Shown here in pieces: positions 22,288 to 32,234 of a DNA stretch of 33,861 bases. The notes under the pieces were generated by a model. That model ran no database searches and had not been told where the DNA came from. It worked only from the letters and a program-made list of their open reading frames with translations. Position 1 is the first letter of the stretch. Every line of letters starts with the position of its first letter. The DNA is from Piptocephalis cylindrospora (Eukaryota). The stretch spans positions 1-33,861 of the forward strand of contig KZ987741.1 in the NCBI GenBank assembly GCA_003614145.1. Direction: 5' to 3'. A program made the position numbers and the translations under genes.

Positions 22288-25200
22288 TTATTGAGAGACA
22301 ATGTTCTCAAAGAAAATGGAGGGTTCGGCGGGAACAGCGAGATCAGCACGACGCTTCTCCGCATCATCGGCTCCCTCCTGACCAAGCACATCCTCCTTGG
22401 ACCGGATGCTCAGGGTATCGTACCCAAGAACCCGTTGAACCCCGGACCCCAAGAGCTCCAGTGTCTTAGTCTCGTCAAACATTAGGGTCCGCGCAAACGC
22501 CGCATCCGCTCCAAGGGATGCCACCCGCTTCTTCACCTCTTGCACAAAAGGCATCACACGCTTATCCTTCATCCAACCTCCCTTGGCCAACGCCGCCTTC
22601 AGAGCCTTTCCATCCTCCAGGGACCCGGCTTCCTCGTACAACGCCTTCACTACCCCAATCGCCCCATCCTGCCAGGCAGGATAGGTCTTGGCCACATAGA
22701 GCGTCAGAGCCTTGGGCTTGCTAGGGTCAAAGTTGGTCGACTTCTTCCGCTTCAGCGCCGTGGCCTCAGCCTCACGCACTCGACGTGTCAGATCCCGGAT
22801 AAACTCGGCCGCCGCAAGCACTTCCACGGAATCCTCCGGGACGGCCACAGTAGGCCAGCGGGCTGACATCACCGTTCCATCCCCCTCGGTGTGACCCAGG
22901 ACCTGTACCCACAGGTACTCAGCCAGATGAGGGGCAAACGGCGTGATCAGAATAGTCTGCACCTCCAGGTACTGTCGAGCCAGAGCAATGTCCATCTCGG
23001 CATCCCCACCCACCGCATCACGGTACCGATCACGCGCCCCCTGGAGCTCGTATAGTCCAGCCTTCAGGGCATCCCGGTACATCATACCATCGTAGGCCCG
23101 CTCGGCCTCCTGAACGCACTTGGCCATCTCGGCCAGGAACACCCGACCCCAGAATTCGGCTGGGGATCCGGGAGCAACGGGCTTGGCCGTCTCGTGAGTC
23201 CGCATCACCTCCTCAGCCCACTCCTTCAAGGTGTGGAGGCGAAGGATGGCAGCGTTGGCCGTACTGGCCTCAAAGTTAGCATCCTCCATCCCGTCCCCGG
23301 CATCAGCCAAGGCGACCCGCGTAGCGTCAGCTCCGTAAAGTTCAACGGACTGCTCCAGAGTCAAAAAGTTTCCAGTGGACTTGGCCATCTTGGCTCCATT
23401 CAACATGAGATGTCCATTGGATCGGACGGCCCGAGGGAACATGCTCTCGGGGAAGAGGGCCGCGTGGTTGTAAAGGAAGAAGGTCAAGTGGTTAGGGATC
23501 AAATCCTTTCCGGACACACGGAGATCAAGGGGATACCAGTAATGGAACTCCCGTCGCATCTTGCGCAGGACAGCATCGGGGATGGGGTCCACCTTCTCGC
23601 TGGCAAAGGACGCCTGAAGCTCAGGGTAATCCGCCGGGTTAGCGCTAGCTCCACATCCAAACAGATACTCCCAGACTGCATCGGTCATCTGGGCCGGGGT
23701 AATCCCGAAGGGTCCAGGCTTGGATCCATCCAGACAATCGGGGTGCAGCATGTGCGCGACCGTGTAGTACGCCATGTAGATTGTGGAGTCCGACAGGGAT
23801 TCTACGAGGAATTGTGGGTCCCAAGGCAGCCTAGTTCCCAGACCAAAGGATCGGGCACACGCCCATTGGTTCAGCCACGCCAGGGTCTTCTCAAATTGGT
23901 GACGTGCTTCTTCCCCATACGTGTTCATGTGGACGAGGAGCCTTTCAACCTGAGCCCTCCACACCTTCTCACCATAGTCTAGGTACCACTGGTCACACAG
24001 ATTGACCACGCACTCATCATCCGACCGAGACATTACTAAGCCCTCGGGCTCGGCGTAAGGGAAGGCCAGGCCCGCGGCAATCAAGTCATCACGCACCTTG
24101 GCCTTGGCTGTCTGCACGGCTTCCCCGGCGTACTTGCCCACAAGCAGGGTCCCGTTGTAGAAGCCCTCCTTGTAGCAGATGTCCTTGGCCTCGACCAGCT
24201 GCACTCGGTCCTTGGGCGAAGCCACCTTCTTGGCGGCGCACACTGTCGGGGCGCACAAATCCCCGTACGTCGGGGTGCGGACAATGGGCACAGGCTCAAA
24301 GGGTGCAACCCACGCTTCCTCAATCCCGTAATACGCGGGCTTCTTGACCAGATCGGCCCAGGTGGCAAAGTCATCAGGCGAGTCCGAAGGAACAGACGTG
24401 ACCACCCCGGTGCCCTTGGTAGCCAGGACTGTTTCCATGGGCAGGACGTACACCGTGTCGTAGTGGGAAAGTGGGGCCTTGACCCGGGTCCCCACCAGCT
24501 GCCTCCCGGTCAGGGTAGGACCCAAGGCGACGTGCACTCCCTTGGTCCGGGACTGGCCCTGAAAACACATGTTTCGGGCAGAACGCTCGGTGCACACGTA
24601 CACCTCGGTCTCGGACACTTCGTAGAGTCCGTACGCCAGATCGGGTCCGACGTAGCAGTTAGTCTGGCCGTACATCGTCTCAGGACGAAGCGTAGCGGCT
24701 ACCAGGTAGACGGATCGGGAGCCCAGGTCAAAGTTGGCCTCCTTCATCGCCTCCACTGCAGCGGGAGCCCAGGTGTCGACCGCCATGCGGATCACCGTAT
24801 ACTCCTGGGGACCGATGCCCTCACCAGACTTGCGGTCGTGGTCCATACAGGGCTGATCATCCTTGGGAGAGTAGATGGTGTACCGCTCGCCAAACTTGAT
24901 CTTGCCCAGGGCATGGAGCTTGTTCATCTGCCACCGAACAAAGGCATCGTAGAAAAGGTTGGCGTCCGTGGTGTAAAAGGACCGGCGGTAATCAATCTTG
25001 CATCCGAGAAGCTGGGTATCCTCAAAGGCCAAGGCCGGGAAGTAGGTGAGCCAGTGGTGGGGATCGGCGAACTTGGCCAGCTCGGCCTCGGGCACACCCA
25101 CAGACCGCATAATCTCAAACTGGTACTTAGCCCCAGTATCCTTGGCCGCGACCTTACCGGGTTTCTTGACTGCGCCACCGCTCAGATCCATGTCGCTAAC

Positions 25201-25668
25201 GCCGGCAGTCGTGTCGGCCAAGGAAAAGTCCTCGCCAAACTGCTCAACCTCCCGGGCAATCTTATCAGCAGACGTCTTGATGGGCATACCCGTGCAATGA
25301 AGCCCAAAGGGAAAGAGGGCCCTGCGGCCCTTAAGCCTCTCGTAGCCCGTGGCAAACTCGACTTTGCTAAACGTGAAAGTGTGTCCCAGGTGAAGACGCC
25401 CGTTCATGTAAGGAAAAGGGAACGTGGCCATGTACTTGGGATATGCCAAGTGGAGCTGCGACTCGTCCGCGCATTCCTCCTCCGTGGGTGCATCATGCTC
25501 AAAAGACTTGAGCTTTTTCCAAAGCTCCTGAGCAGGTTGTTCCAGAGAACGGAGTGTGTCCCTCTTCTGGGTCTACATGGGGGGAAAGAATAAGAAGAAG
25601 ATAGGAGAGAGAGGAAAAGAAGGATCAAGGTTGCTTACCTTCTTTGGTTCGTCCGTGATGGCCGACAT
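22288..25668 (-). CDS. CDC60: Cytosolic leucyl-tRNA synthetase; exons 25668-25639 and 25572-22288
   Basis: FPFPYMNGRLHLGH (HIGH), CP1 editing motifs ATLRPETMYGQTN and GTGVVTSVPSDSPDD, SGKDLIPNHL, KMAKSTGNF (KMSKS variant). Intron 25573-25638 joins MSAITDEPKK|TQKRDTL. Confidence 0.97.
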
Positions 25669-26614
25669 GAGCAAACGGGAGGGAAGGGGGGATGAATTAG
25701 AGGGAAAGGGCGAGAACGAGGGAAGGAAGAAGGAAAAAGAGATCAGTCACTAGAAAGGGCGAAGCGCGCTGAAAGGGTGCTTTTCTTCCTCGTGAGCGCA
25801 GAGATGTAAGATGGCAAGTGGCGGGAAACTGGTGGGATCCATCGGGTGGATGCACAGCTCTGCTTAATCTCACTAAAAAAATGCTTTTCAATCTTAAAAA
25901 CATCTGCACAGCTGCCAAATCGGACTTGGATTTTCCGACCTTTTGGATGCTATGAATTCTTCTCTAGGAAAATTGGAATGAGCAAGCCGAAGATCGCAAT
26001 GTTGTTGTTAACGGGCAGGCAAAGTCTAGGTATACAAAAGACGCCTCTTTGTCGCTCTAACTCATTCCTTGGATATAGCTATAGCGACCTAATATACCGA
26101 GAAGGAATGGTCAGGTAAAGGCTATGGAGTGTTTGGATACGCGAGAGAATGCATCCATTACAGAGGCCTTCTTCGCATGATAAATGATAATAAGAGAGGC
26201 ACGATAGAATTAGTAATTCCTTTAAGCTCCTTCTCTGCTGGCTAATTTCCCTTATTATCCGCCTCCTCATTATTCGATTGGCCTTTCCTTACGCATAAAG
26301 CGCCTTAAGCAATATTAGGTGGCTGAGGTCAGATTCAGAAAGGATGACCAAGACCTGGGTACGCATCCTGATTTCTCTCGCCCTATTAGAAAGAGACGTA
26401 GAAGAACACGTGCATGCAGTTTGAATCACCCGATAGCTCCTGGCCATGCCCTCCCCTTTGGCCCTTCAGGTTGGGAAGGGACATCCAAGGCTATAAATGA
26501 TACACTAGTAGCGTTCTCATCCCTTTTTCTCTCTACTTTCTCATCCTATAGTACAACGTACCCCATCCTTTTTTCAACTACTCATCTTACGACCTCACGA
26601 TCAAACCGCTCAAG

Positions 26615-26851
26615 ATGATGCTGTATCCCATCTTCTCCATCGGCCTCCTCGCAACTCTGTTCTCCTCAGCCCTCGCGGCCCCCCACCGTTATAATGACGT
26701 CAAGGCTAAAAACTACGATAACCTAGTAGCCTTTGAAGAGGATATGCGAGACAAGCTCATTGCTGAGGGCAAGTACGAGGCTGCTAGGCCCTGGCACGAG
26801 AGCTCAGTCCACCACAATGATCTTGCCCACAAGTATTGGGCTGCCTCCTAG
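26615..26851 (+). CDS. Small secreted hypothetical protein, 78 aa
   Basis: Signal-peptide-like MMLYPIFSIGLLATLFSSALA|AP; TATAAA at about 26492 followed by a CT-rich leader; charged, probably helical mature part with no Cys. Confidence 0.75.
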   Translation: MMLYPIFSIGLLATLFSSALAAPHRYNDVKAKNYDNLVAFEEDMRDKLIAEGKYEAARPWHESSVHHNDLAHKYWAAS

Positions 26852-27036
26852 AGCTAATGCTTGGAAGCCCCTGATCTCCCTTCTCACCTATCCATAAGCA
26901 ATGAATTATCCCATCCACATTTCCTCTCCTTATCCTATCATAAAAGCACTTGATTGTGAAGAAAAACATCATCATAATAATATTCCAAATAACTCAACAG
27001 GTAGTGAAGGCGGATGAATACTCCGCAGACGCAGAA

Positions 27037-27660
27037 TTACTGCTCATTATCAAACTGCTCCTGCTGAGCATCGACCTCGACCTGCCTCTTGTGAGCGCGG
27101 GCCTCAAGTTCATTAGCCCAGTTGCCATGCTTCTGAGCTTCCGTTTCGGGAGCTCCCGTGTTTTGCAGGTAGGTCTCGTAGGCGGTGTGCTGGTTGGACT
27201 GGTTGGACAGATCATCAGATTCGGTCTGGCCCTTATGGATCAGGTAGGCGGTGGGACGACCCTGAGGAGGATAGCCACGGGGAGGATAGCCACGGGGAGG
27301 GTAGCCACGGGGAGGGTAGCCAGAGGGAGGGGCCTGGGACTGGATTTGATAATAGCCGGGGGGAGGGCCGCCGTAGGAACCCTGGAAAGTGCCCTGGAAA
27401 CGGCCCTGCTGGGGGTACTGGTTAGGGAACTGGTTGGCGGAAGCACCCTGGGGAGCGCCCTGAGAAACAGCCTGAGCGGCACCCTGAGAATCATCCTGAG
27501 GAGCGCCTTGGGGAACACCCTGGGGAGCACCTTGGGGAGCGCCCTGGGGAGCACCTTGGGGAGCGCCTTGGGTGGGAGCCTGACCAGGGAACGGCACGGC
27601 TTGAACAGAAGCGGCAGCAGCGAGGAGGGCAGCAAGGAGGGTGAAGGAATAAAGTTGCAT
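27037..27660 (-). CDS. Secreted repeat-containing hypothetical protein, 207 aa (GAPQ and GYPPR repeats)
   Basis: MQLYSFTLLAALLAAAASVQA|VP signal peptide from ATG at 27660. TATAAA on the minus strand at about 27857-27862 argues against the track's 27918 start. 12-bp and 15-bp coding tandem repeats. Confidence 0.85.
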   Translation of the reverse strand: MQLYSFTLLAALLAAAASVQAVPFPGQAPTQGAPQGAPQGAPQGAPQGVPQGAPQDDSQGAAQAVSQGAPQGASANQFPNQYPQQGRFQGTFQGSYGGPPPGYYQIQSQAPPSGYPPRGYPPRGYPPRGYPPQGRPTAYLIHKGQTESDDLSNQSNQHTAYETYLQNTGAPETEAQKHGNWANELEARAHKRQVEVDAQQEQFDNEQ

Positions 27661-28393
27661 GACGACGTAGATCAAAGATGGCGAGGGTGGATAAGGCACG
27701 TAAAACAGACAAGGTCTGGGGAGTAAAAGCGTAAAAGGTTGGGGATTGGGGTCAAAATGAACGTATGAGCGTACGAGCAAGGTGAGTGGAGAGGAGTAGA
27801 TAAGGAAGAGGTAAGTGGAAGGGGGAGCTGAGGGAAGGGCAGGTGAGAGTGATAGCTTTATAGAGAATATTGGATCAGGGCAACAAGCCACCTTTCGTAT
27901 GCTCATCCCCGTCCTCATTCATGCATACATACAGAAACGGACATTACTCACTTTACTGAGTTAAAGAGGTTTGAAGCTCCGAATAGGATAAAGAAGTGCA
28001 TTTGGAACTCCGACTCCGACAGCCAACTGCCTGTGGGGTGCCCAGGCAGTGCCCATCTCCCTAGCGTAATAGGACAGCCAGAAGGGTAACCTGCTGTTCC
28101 CTTCTTCACCCTTCCACGTTCAGACAAGGTTCCTGACTCTGACTATCGGCACTGGATCGGAACTATCCCGGACCTCTCCGCCCGTTTCCTCCTTTTGCAT
28201 GGCAGATCAAGGGACATGGCCTTGTGTATTAGTAGTGTTCCTACCATGCAAAACCCAATTACAGGCCACTTTAGGAGAAAGTGATGGGTCCCATCCTTTA
28301 CAGCACACGCTCTCAACACACATAGGCCCGGAAGATTTTATTTTCCAGTGACCTCAAGGATACAGATGCGAGCCGACTTACCACACACCCACA

Positions 28394-30450
28394 CTACCAC
28401 TTGCCTCTGCCTTCGGCTTTATCCTCATCTACGAGCGGCAAACCCTCACGTAATCGGTAGGCTTGGTCAAAGTACTGATTGGGATGCTCGATAGTCCGGA
28501 CGCCCCCAGCAGAGCCAGTCTCCTGAGGGGTCCGAGCTTTTTGGGATAGTTCAAAATGCTTCGTACAGGCAATTTGGTAGTGTTGGCCGGCAACAAGGTT
28601 GACGACTTCCTGGGCGTCAGACTCGCTCAGGCCATCTGCCAGCATTCTGGCTCGAATTCTCTCCCCATCCCTCCCCATATGTCTAAAAGGACAACCATGA
28701 TGATCGCCCGGCCCTGGCTGATTGCTCGTAATAATCCGCATACAACTAAGGGAGAGGAAATATGAGCTTGAATTGGTGATTAGCTAACCATGCAAAAGAG
28801 ACAACTTACTTGTAAGGGGAATAATCCACACGTTTACCCTCTAGACCATAATTATGACGAATGTTATAGGCGTAATTCTTGGCGAATTGATCATCAGTAA
28901 TTTTGGAAAAACTTTGCCTCCAAAATACCAGAGCCTCCTCGATAGGTAATCCAATACCCTATTTAAATGAAGACATGATGGTAGGAGAAGAGAGAGAAAG
29001 AGATGAATGAGTAGGACGGTAGAAGACAAAAGAGAGTGAGGAAGAAAGGGTACCTTGAGGAACAGGCCAAATTGCATACGTCCTCCGTGTCGAAGATGAT
29101 TCTCCTTTTGAAGATGACTATGCATTTCCTTCATGCACAAAGGCATCAATGGGGCCAACTATGGAGGGGAAAGGGCAGTAAAAGTCAATGGCCAAACATT
29201 CCCTGCCAAATCCAAGTCCAAATCCCAAACTCACATTGTCCACATCGCCAGCAGTGACCTTGCCCTTGACAGAGCCAGATACATACTCCTTGCCAAGATA
29301 CTGTTTGCCCATACTAGTGAGAAGAGGTAAGAGACGGTCATCAGCCTCAACACGAGGTAAAGCTCTGGCAGTGGCCTCCAAGGCCCCTTGTAACCGGCGA
29401 CGAAACTCCGAGGCAACCAGAGTGATGAGGGCAGAGCTGGGCACATAGGCTAGACCCTGGATGAGATGGACCTGTCGTCGCTGCACCAACTCCAAGGCCT
29501 CCTCAAATGGGACCTGGATAGGAAATAAGGATAAGCGAGGGTAGAAGTACTATTTTCTCTACCTTCTTCCAAGGATAGTACCTCGACAAATGTTTCCGTA
29601 GAGGGGATGGGGGCATGGGCAACTGCCTCAAGGGCAGGAAGCAAACGTCTCTTTTCCTCTGGGGTGATCTATGGGATGATGAGGAAGGAAAATTGACTTC
29701 TCCTACCCCTTCTAACAAGTAATAAAATACCGTTTTGAAGCCAAGATGAAGACCCTCCAAGAATCTTTGTCGTTCATCCGAAGATTCCGAGGTAAATCGA
29801 TGGCTAACATAGGAATGAATATGGAGGGGTAAGCGCATCGATTGAAAGGCACTTTATGGGGTTCAAGAGAGCCTACCGAAACAGAGCCACTTCTTGCCGT
29901 ATGAACCAATTTCGCAGCACGCTTCCCACGAACGGACATGAGGAAGATTGAGTAGAGAGACTTGATCATAATAAAGTTGTATCATTCTTCCCCAAGGACT
30001 GAAACAAGACTTACGTTCGACAATAGGCGAGCCGAAGGATAAAGTGAGAGATGCGGTCCTTGCTTCTTTGGGCGGCCAAGGGTGCATTTGGATTATCATC
30101 CGAGGCTAGAGGTAACCATTGGGCCAAAGTATCGTTGATCGAGGCCTTGTAATCCTCCTCTGATTTTTTCCGTAACTGGGCTCCTTCCATGGACTTGAGC
30201 ACTGATCAAAGGGACAGGGGAGATGACATGAGCAATCGCATTACACCTGAACTCTCTCTTATGCCCATAACTTACCCATGAGCCTATCCAGGGCATACCG
30301 CTCAAACTGCTCGATGGTGACCTCCTGCTGGGGTGGATGCTGGTAGAGAGACAGTCGATGGGGAAGAGAGGGGTCATGCTTGATAAAACCGCCTCGGTAG
30401 CCGAGAGAAGTTCGATGGTTCTGTTCGTGGGAAGCGTGCTGCTTGAACAT
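28394..30450 (-). CDS. PRI2: DNA primase large subunit, 9 exons (30450-30276, 30201-30015, 29921-29877, 29803-29731, 29668-29582, 29513-29235, 29158-29054, 28958-28810, 28745-28394)
   Basis: [77 protein letters not shown]; 4Fe-4S Cys in PLCM, NCMR, HGCPF and [12 protein letters not shown]. Eight GT-AG introns. Confidence 0.95.
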
Positions 30451-30601
30451 GAGGAAGGGGAATGGAAGGAAAGGAAGAAGCAAGGTTATCTAGTCGAAGA
30501 AATGCGCGTCGCGTCAACAAATCCGCGGTTTAAGACGTGCTTGAACCCCGCAAAATAAGAGAATAAAATACACTGAATAAGCTCAAAAACTTGTCAGATC
30601 T

Positions 30602-30673
30602 GGCTCAATGGTCTAGTAGTATGATTCTCGCTTCGGGTGCGAGAGGTCCCGGGTTCAATTCCCGGTTGAGCCC
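30602..30673 (+). tRNA. tRNA-Pro, anticodon CGG
   Basis: GGCTCAA/TTGAGCC acceptor stem; CTCGC-TTCGGGT-GCGAG anticodon arm; GGTTCAATTCC B box; oligo-T at about 30699-30704. Confidence 0.95.
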
Positions 30674-30810
30674 TCTTCAATCACCCAGTCTGACACCCTT
30701 TTTTGGACTCCGATTTCTTAAAGAAGGGGTATGTGTGAGGGGTCAGGGGATAACAACAGAGGGGGCTGGGTTACTCCATCTTACCTTCTCCTTGGATCCA
30801 GCACTTTTGC

Positions 30811-31824
30811 ATGCCCCCTCACGTTCTTGCTCCCACGATCCATGTGCTTGGTGGAGGTGCAATTGGCCTTTTGGTCACGGGTCATCTCCTTAAAGGACAA
30901 GTTCCAGTAAGATTACACCTTCGACAGATGCCCTCGGTCCCGACCTGCCTCATCCCCCTGTCTTTTATCGAGGCCTGGAGGGGACCAGGGACACCAGGAC
31001 AGGTTCTGCAATGTCCAGTGGAGGAGGCAGGGGCAGATGGGCCCATTGAGTGCCTGGTGATTGCCACCAAAGCACAGCAGGCCCGGGAGGCCGTGGGACC
31101 TCTATATTCCAGATTGACCAGGAACTCGAGTGTCCTTTTCCTGCAGAATGGTCTTGGGGTATTTGAGGAAGTGGCGAACCTCTGGAAGGAGGAGAGAGAT
31201 CGGCAGCCATTCTTCCTCCTGGGGTCCACGACTCACGGGGCCTATCGACCTGCTGTACCAGGGGAAATTGAACGATCAGTGGTGCACGCAGGCATGGGAA
31301 AGATGTGGTTTGGGGCGGCCAGTGCACACGAAAACGGCTCTCCTCGACTGCAAAATCTGGTAAGAAACCTTTCCTCATGGGTCCCGGGGCTTGCATTGGA
31401 CCCACGACTCCTGGACGCCAAGGAGATACGAGATCGACTAGTCGAGAAATTGGCAGTAGCAAGTATAATCCTTCCCTTGACGGCCTTGTCAGGTCAGAAG
31501 AATGGTGCACTCCTTTCTCCCCCCCTGGAGACTCTGGCCACGGACTTAGCTGAGGAGGTATCGAGTGTTCTTGTCCGGACGGGCCATTCACGGATGACAC
31601 CGTCTTGGGTGAAGGGACGAGTAAGGGAGGTGGCGGAGGGGACCAGAGAGAATGTCAGTTCGATGAAAGCGGATGTCGAAATGGGGAGAAGGACGGAGGT
31701 GGAGTATATTTGCGGAGCCCTTAATCGAATGGCCCGAGATGCAGGGATCCATACCCCATTACTTCGGATGGTGCAAGGTTTGATCGAGGCCCGTCAGATA
31801 CGGAAGGTGGATAATGAGACGTGA
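30811..31824 (+). CDS. Ketopantoate reductase (PanE/ApbA/Pan5) family protein, with divergent substrate site
   Basis: VLGGGAIG Rossmann motif, ATKA, LQNG, STTHGA, EKLAV, PLTAL, NVSSM, RRTEVEYI. Intronless, 337 aa. Confidence 0.88.
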   Translation: MPPHVLAPTIHVLGGGAIGLLVTGHLLKGQVPVRLHLRQMPSVPTCLIPLSFIEAWRGPGTPGQVLQCPVEEAGADGPIECLVIATKAQQAREAVGPLYSRLTRNSSVLFLQNGLGVFEEVANLWKEERDRQPFFLLGSTTHGAYRPAVPGEIERSVVHAGMGKMWFGAASAHENGSPRLQNLVRNLSSWVPGLALDPRLLDAKEIRDRLVEKLAVASIILPLTALSGQKNGALLSPPLETLATDLAEEVSSVLVRTGHSRMTPSWVKGRVREVAEGTRENVSSMKADVEMGRRTEVEYICGALNRMARDAGIHTPLLRMVQGLIEARQIRKVDNET

Positions 31825-31904
31825 ATAAGGTGGTATGGAGGATAGCAATGTATTTTGGAAGGATATGGACAGGATAAACTATAAGCAAGGAGCCATCATC
31901 ATCA

Positions 31905-32234
31905 TCATGGGCACTTTTCACTTTCTTCTTCGTCTTCATCTTCTTCGTCGTCGTCTTGATCGCTGTAAGGCGGAAGATCCCGATAGGTTCATAAGAGGAG
32001 CCCAGCAAGGGTGAAGCCGACCAGCCCAACAATTGTGGTAGGGGGCATGGATTGGGAGGAAGCGTCGTCGGCAAGAGGCAAGGGATAAGGGGTCCATGGA
32101 CGGGAAGAGGAGCGGGACCCACTTCCATGCATCCTGGTGACTAGGAGGGCGAGGAAGAGGAAGGACAGGAGGATGCTGACCGTGGAGCTCATCCGATAGG
32201 CGAGGTTGAGCTTTTCGTGCTGGGACGGAATCAT
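31905..32234 (-). CDS. Small two-TM membrane protein; 81 aa to the in-frame TGA (31989-31991), 109 aa if read through to 31905
   Basis: TATAAATATA on the minus strand at about 32396-32405, then a CT-rich leader. Two hydrophobic segments (VSILLSFLFLALLV; IVGLVGFTLAGLLL). The frame continues after TGA as TYRDLPPYSDQDDDEEDEDEEESEKCP. Confidence 0.6.

Noticed and set aside
23194..25593. Long + strand ORFs (262 and 376 aa) inside LeuRS, and similar antisense ORFs over APP1, MAS2 and SIS1
   Set aside because: Antisense shadows caused by GC-rich third positions; no recognisable motifs.
26950..27726. 258-aa + strand ORF with LGST/ATGR repeats
   Set aside because: Antisense mirror of the secreted GAPQ protein; TTG start, while the minus strand has ATG, a signal peptide and a TATA box.
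4138..31824. Possible functional gene cluster (autophagy/peroxisome/lipid, or replication genes)
   Set aside because: The genes belong to unrelated housekeeping pathways; adjacency is expected in a compact genome, and no biosynthetic or defence cluster is evident.
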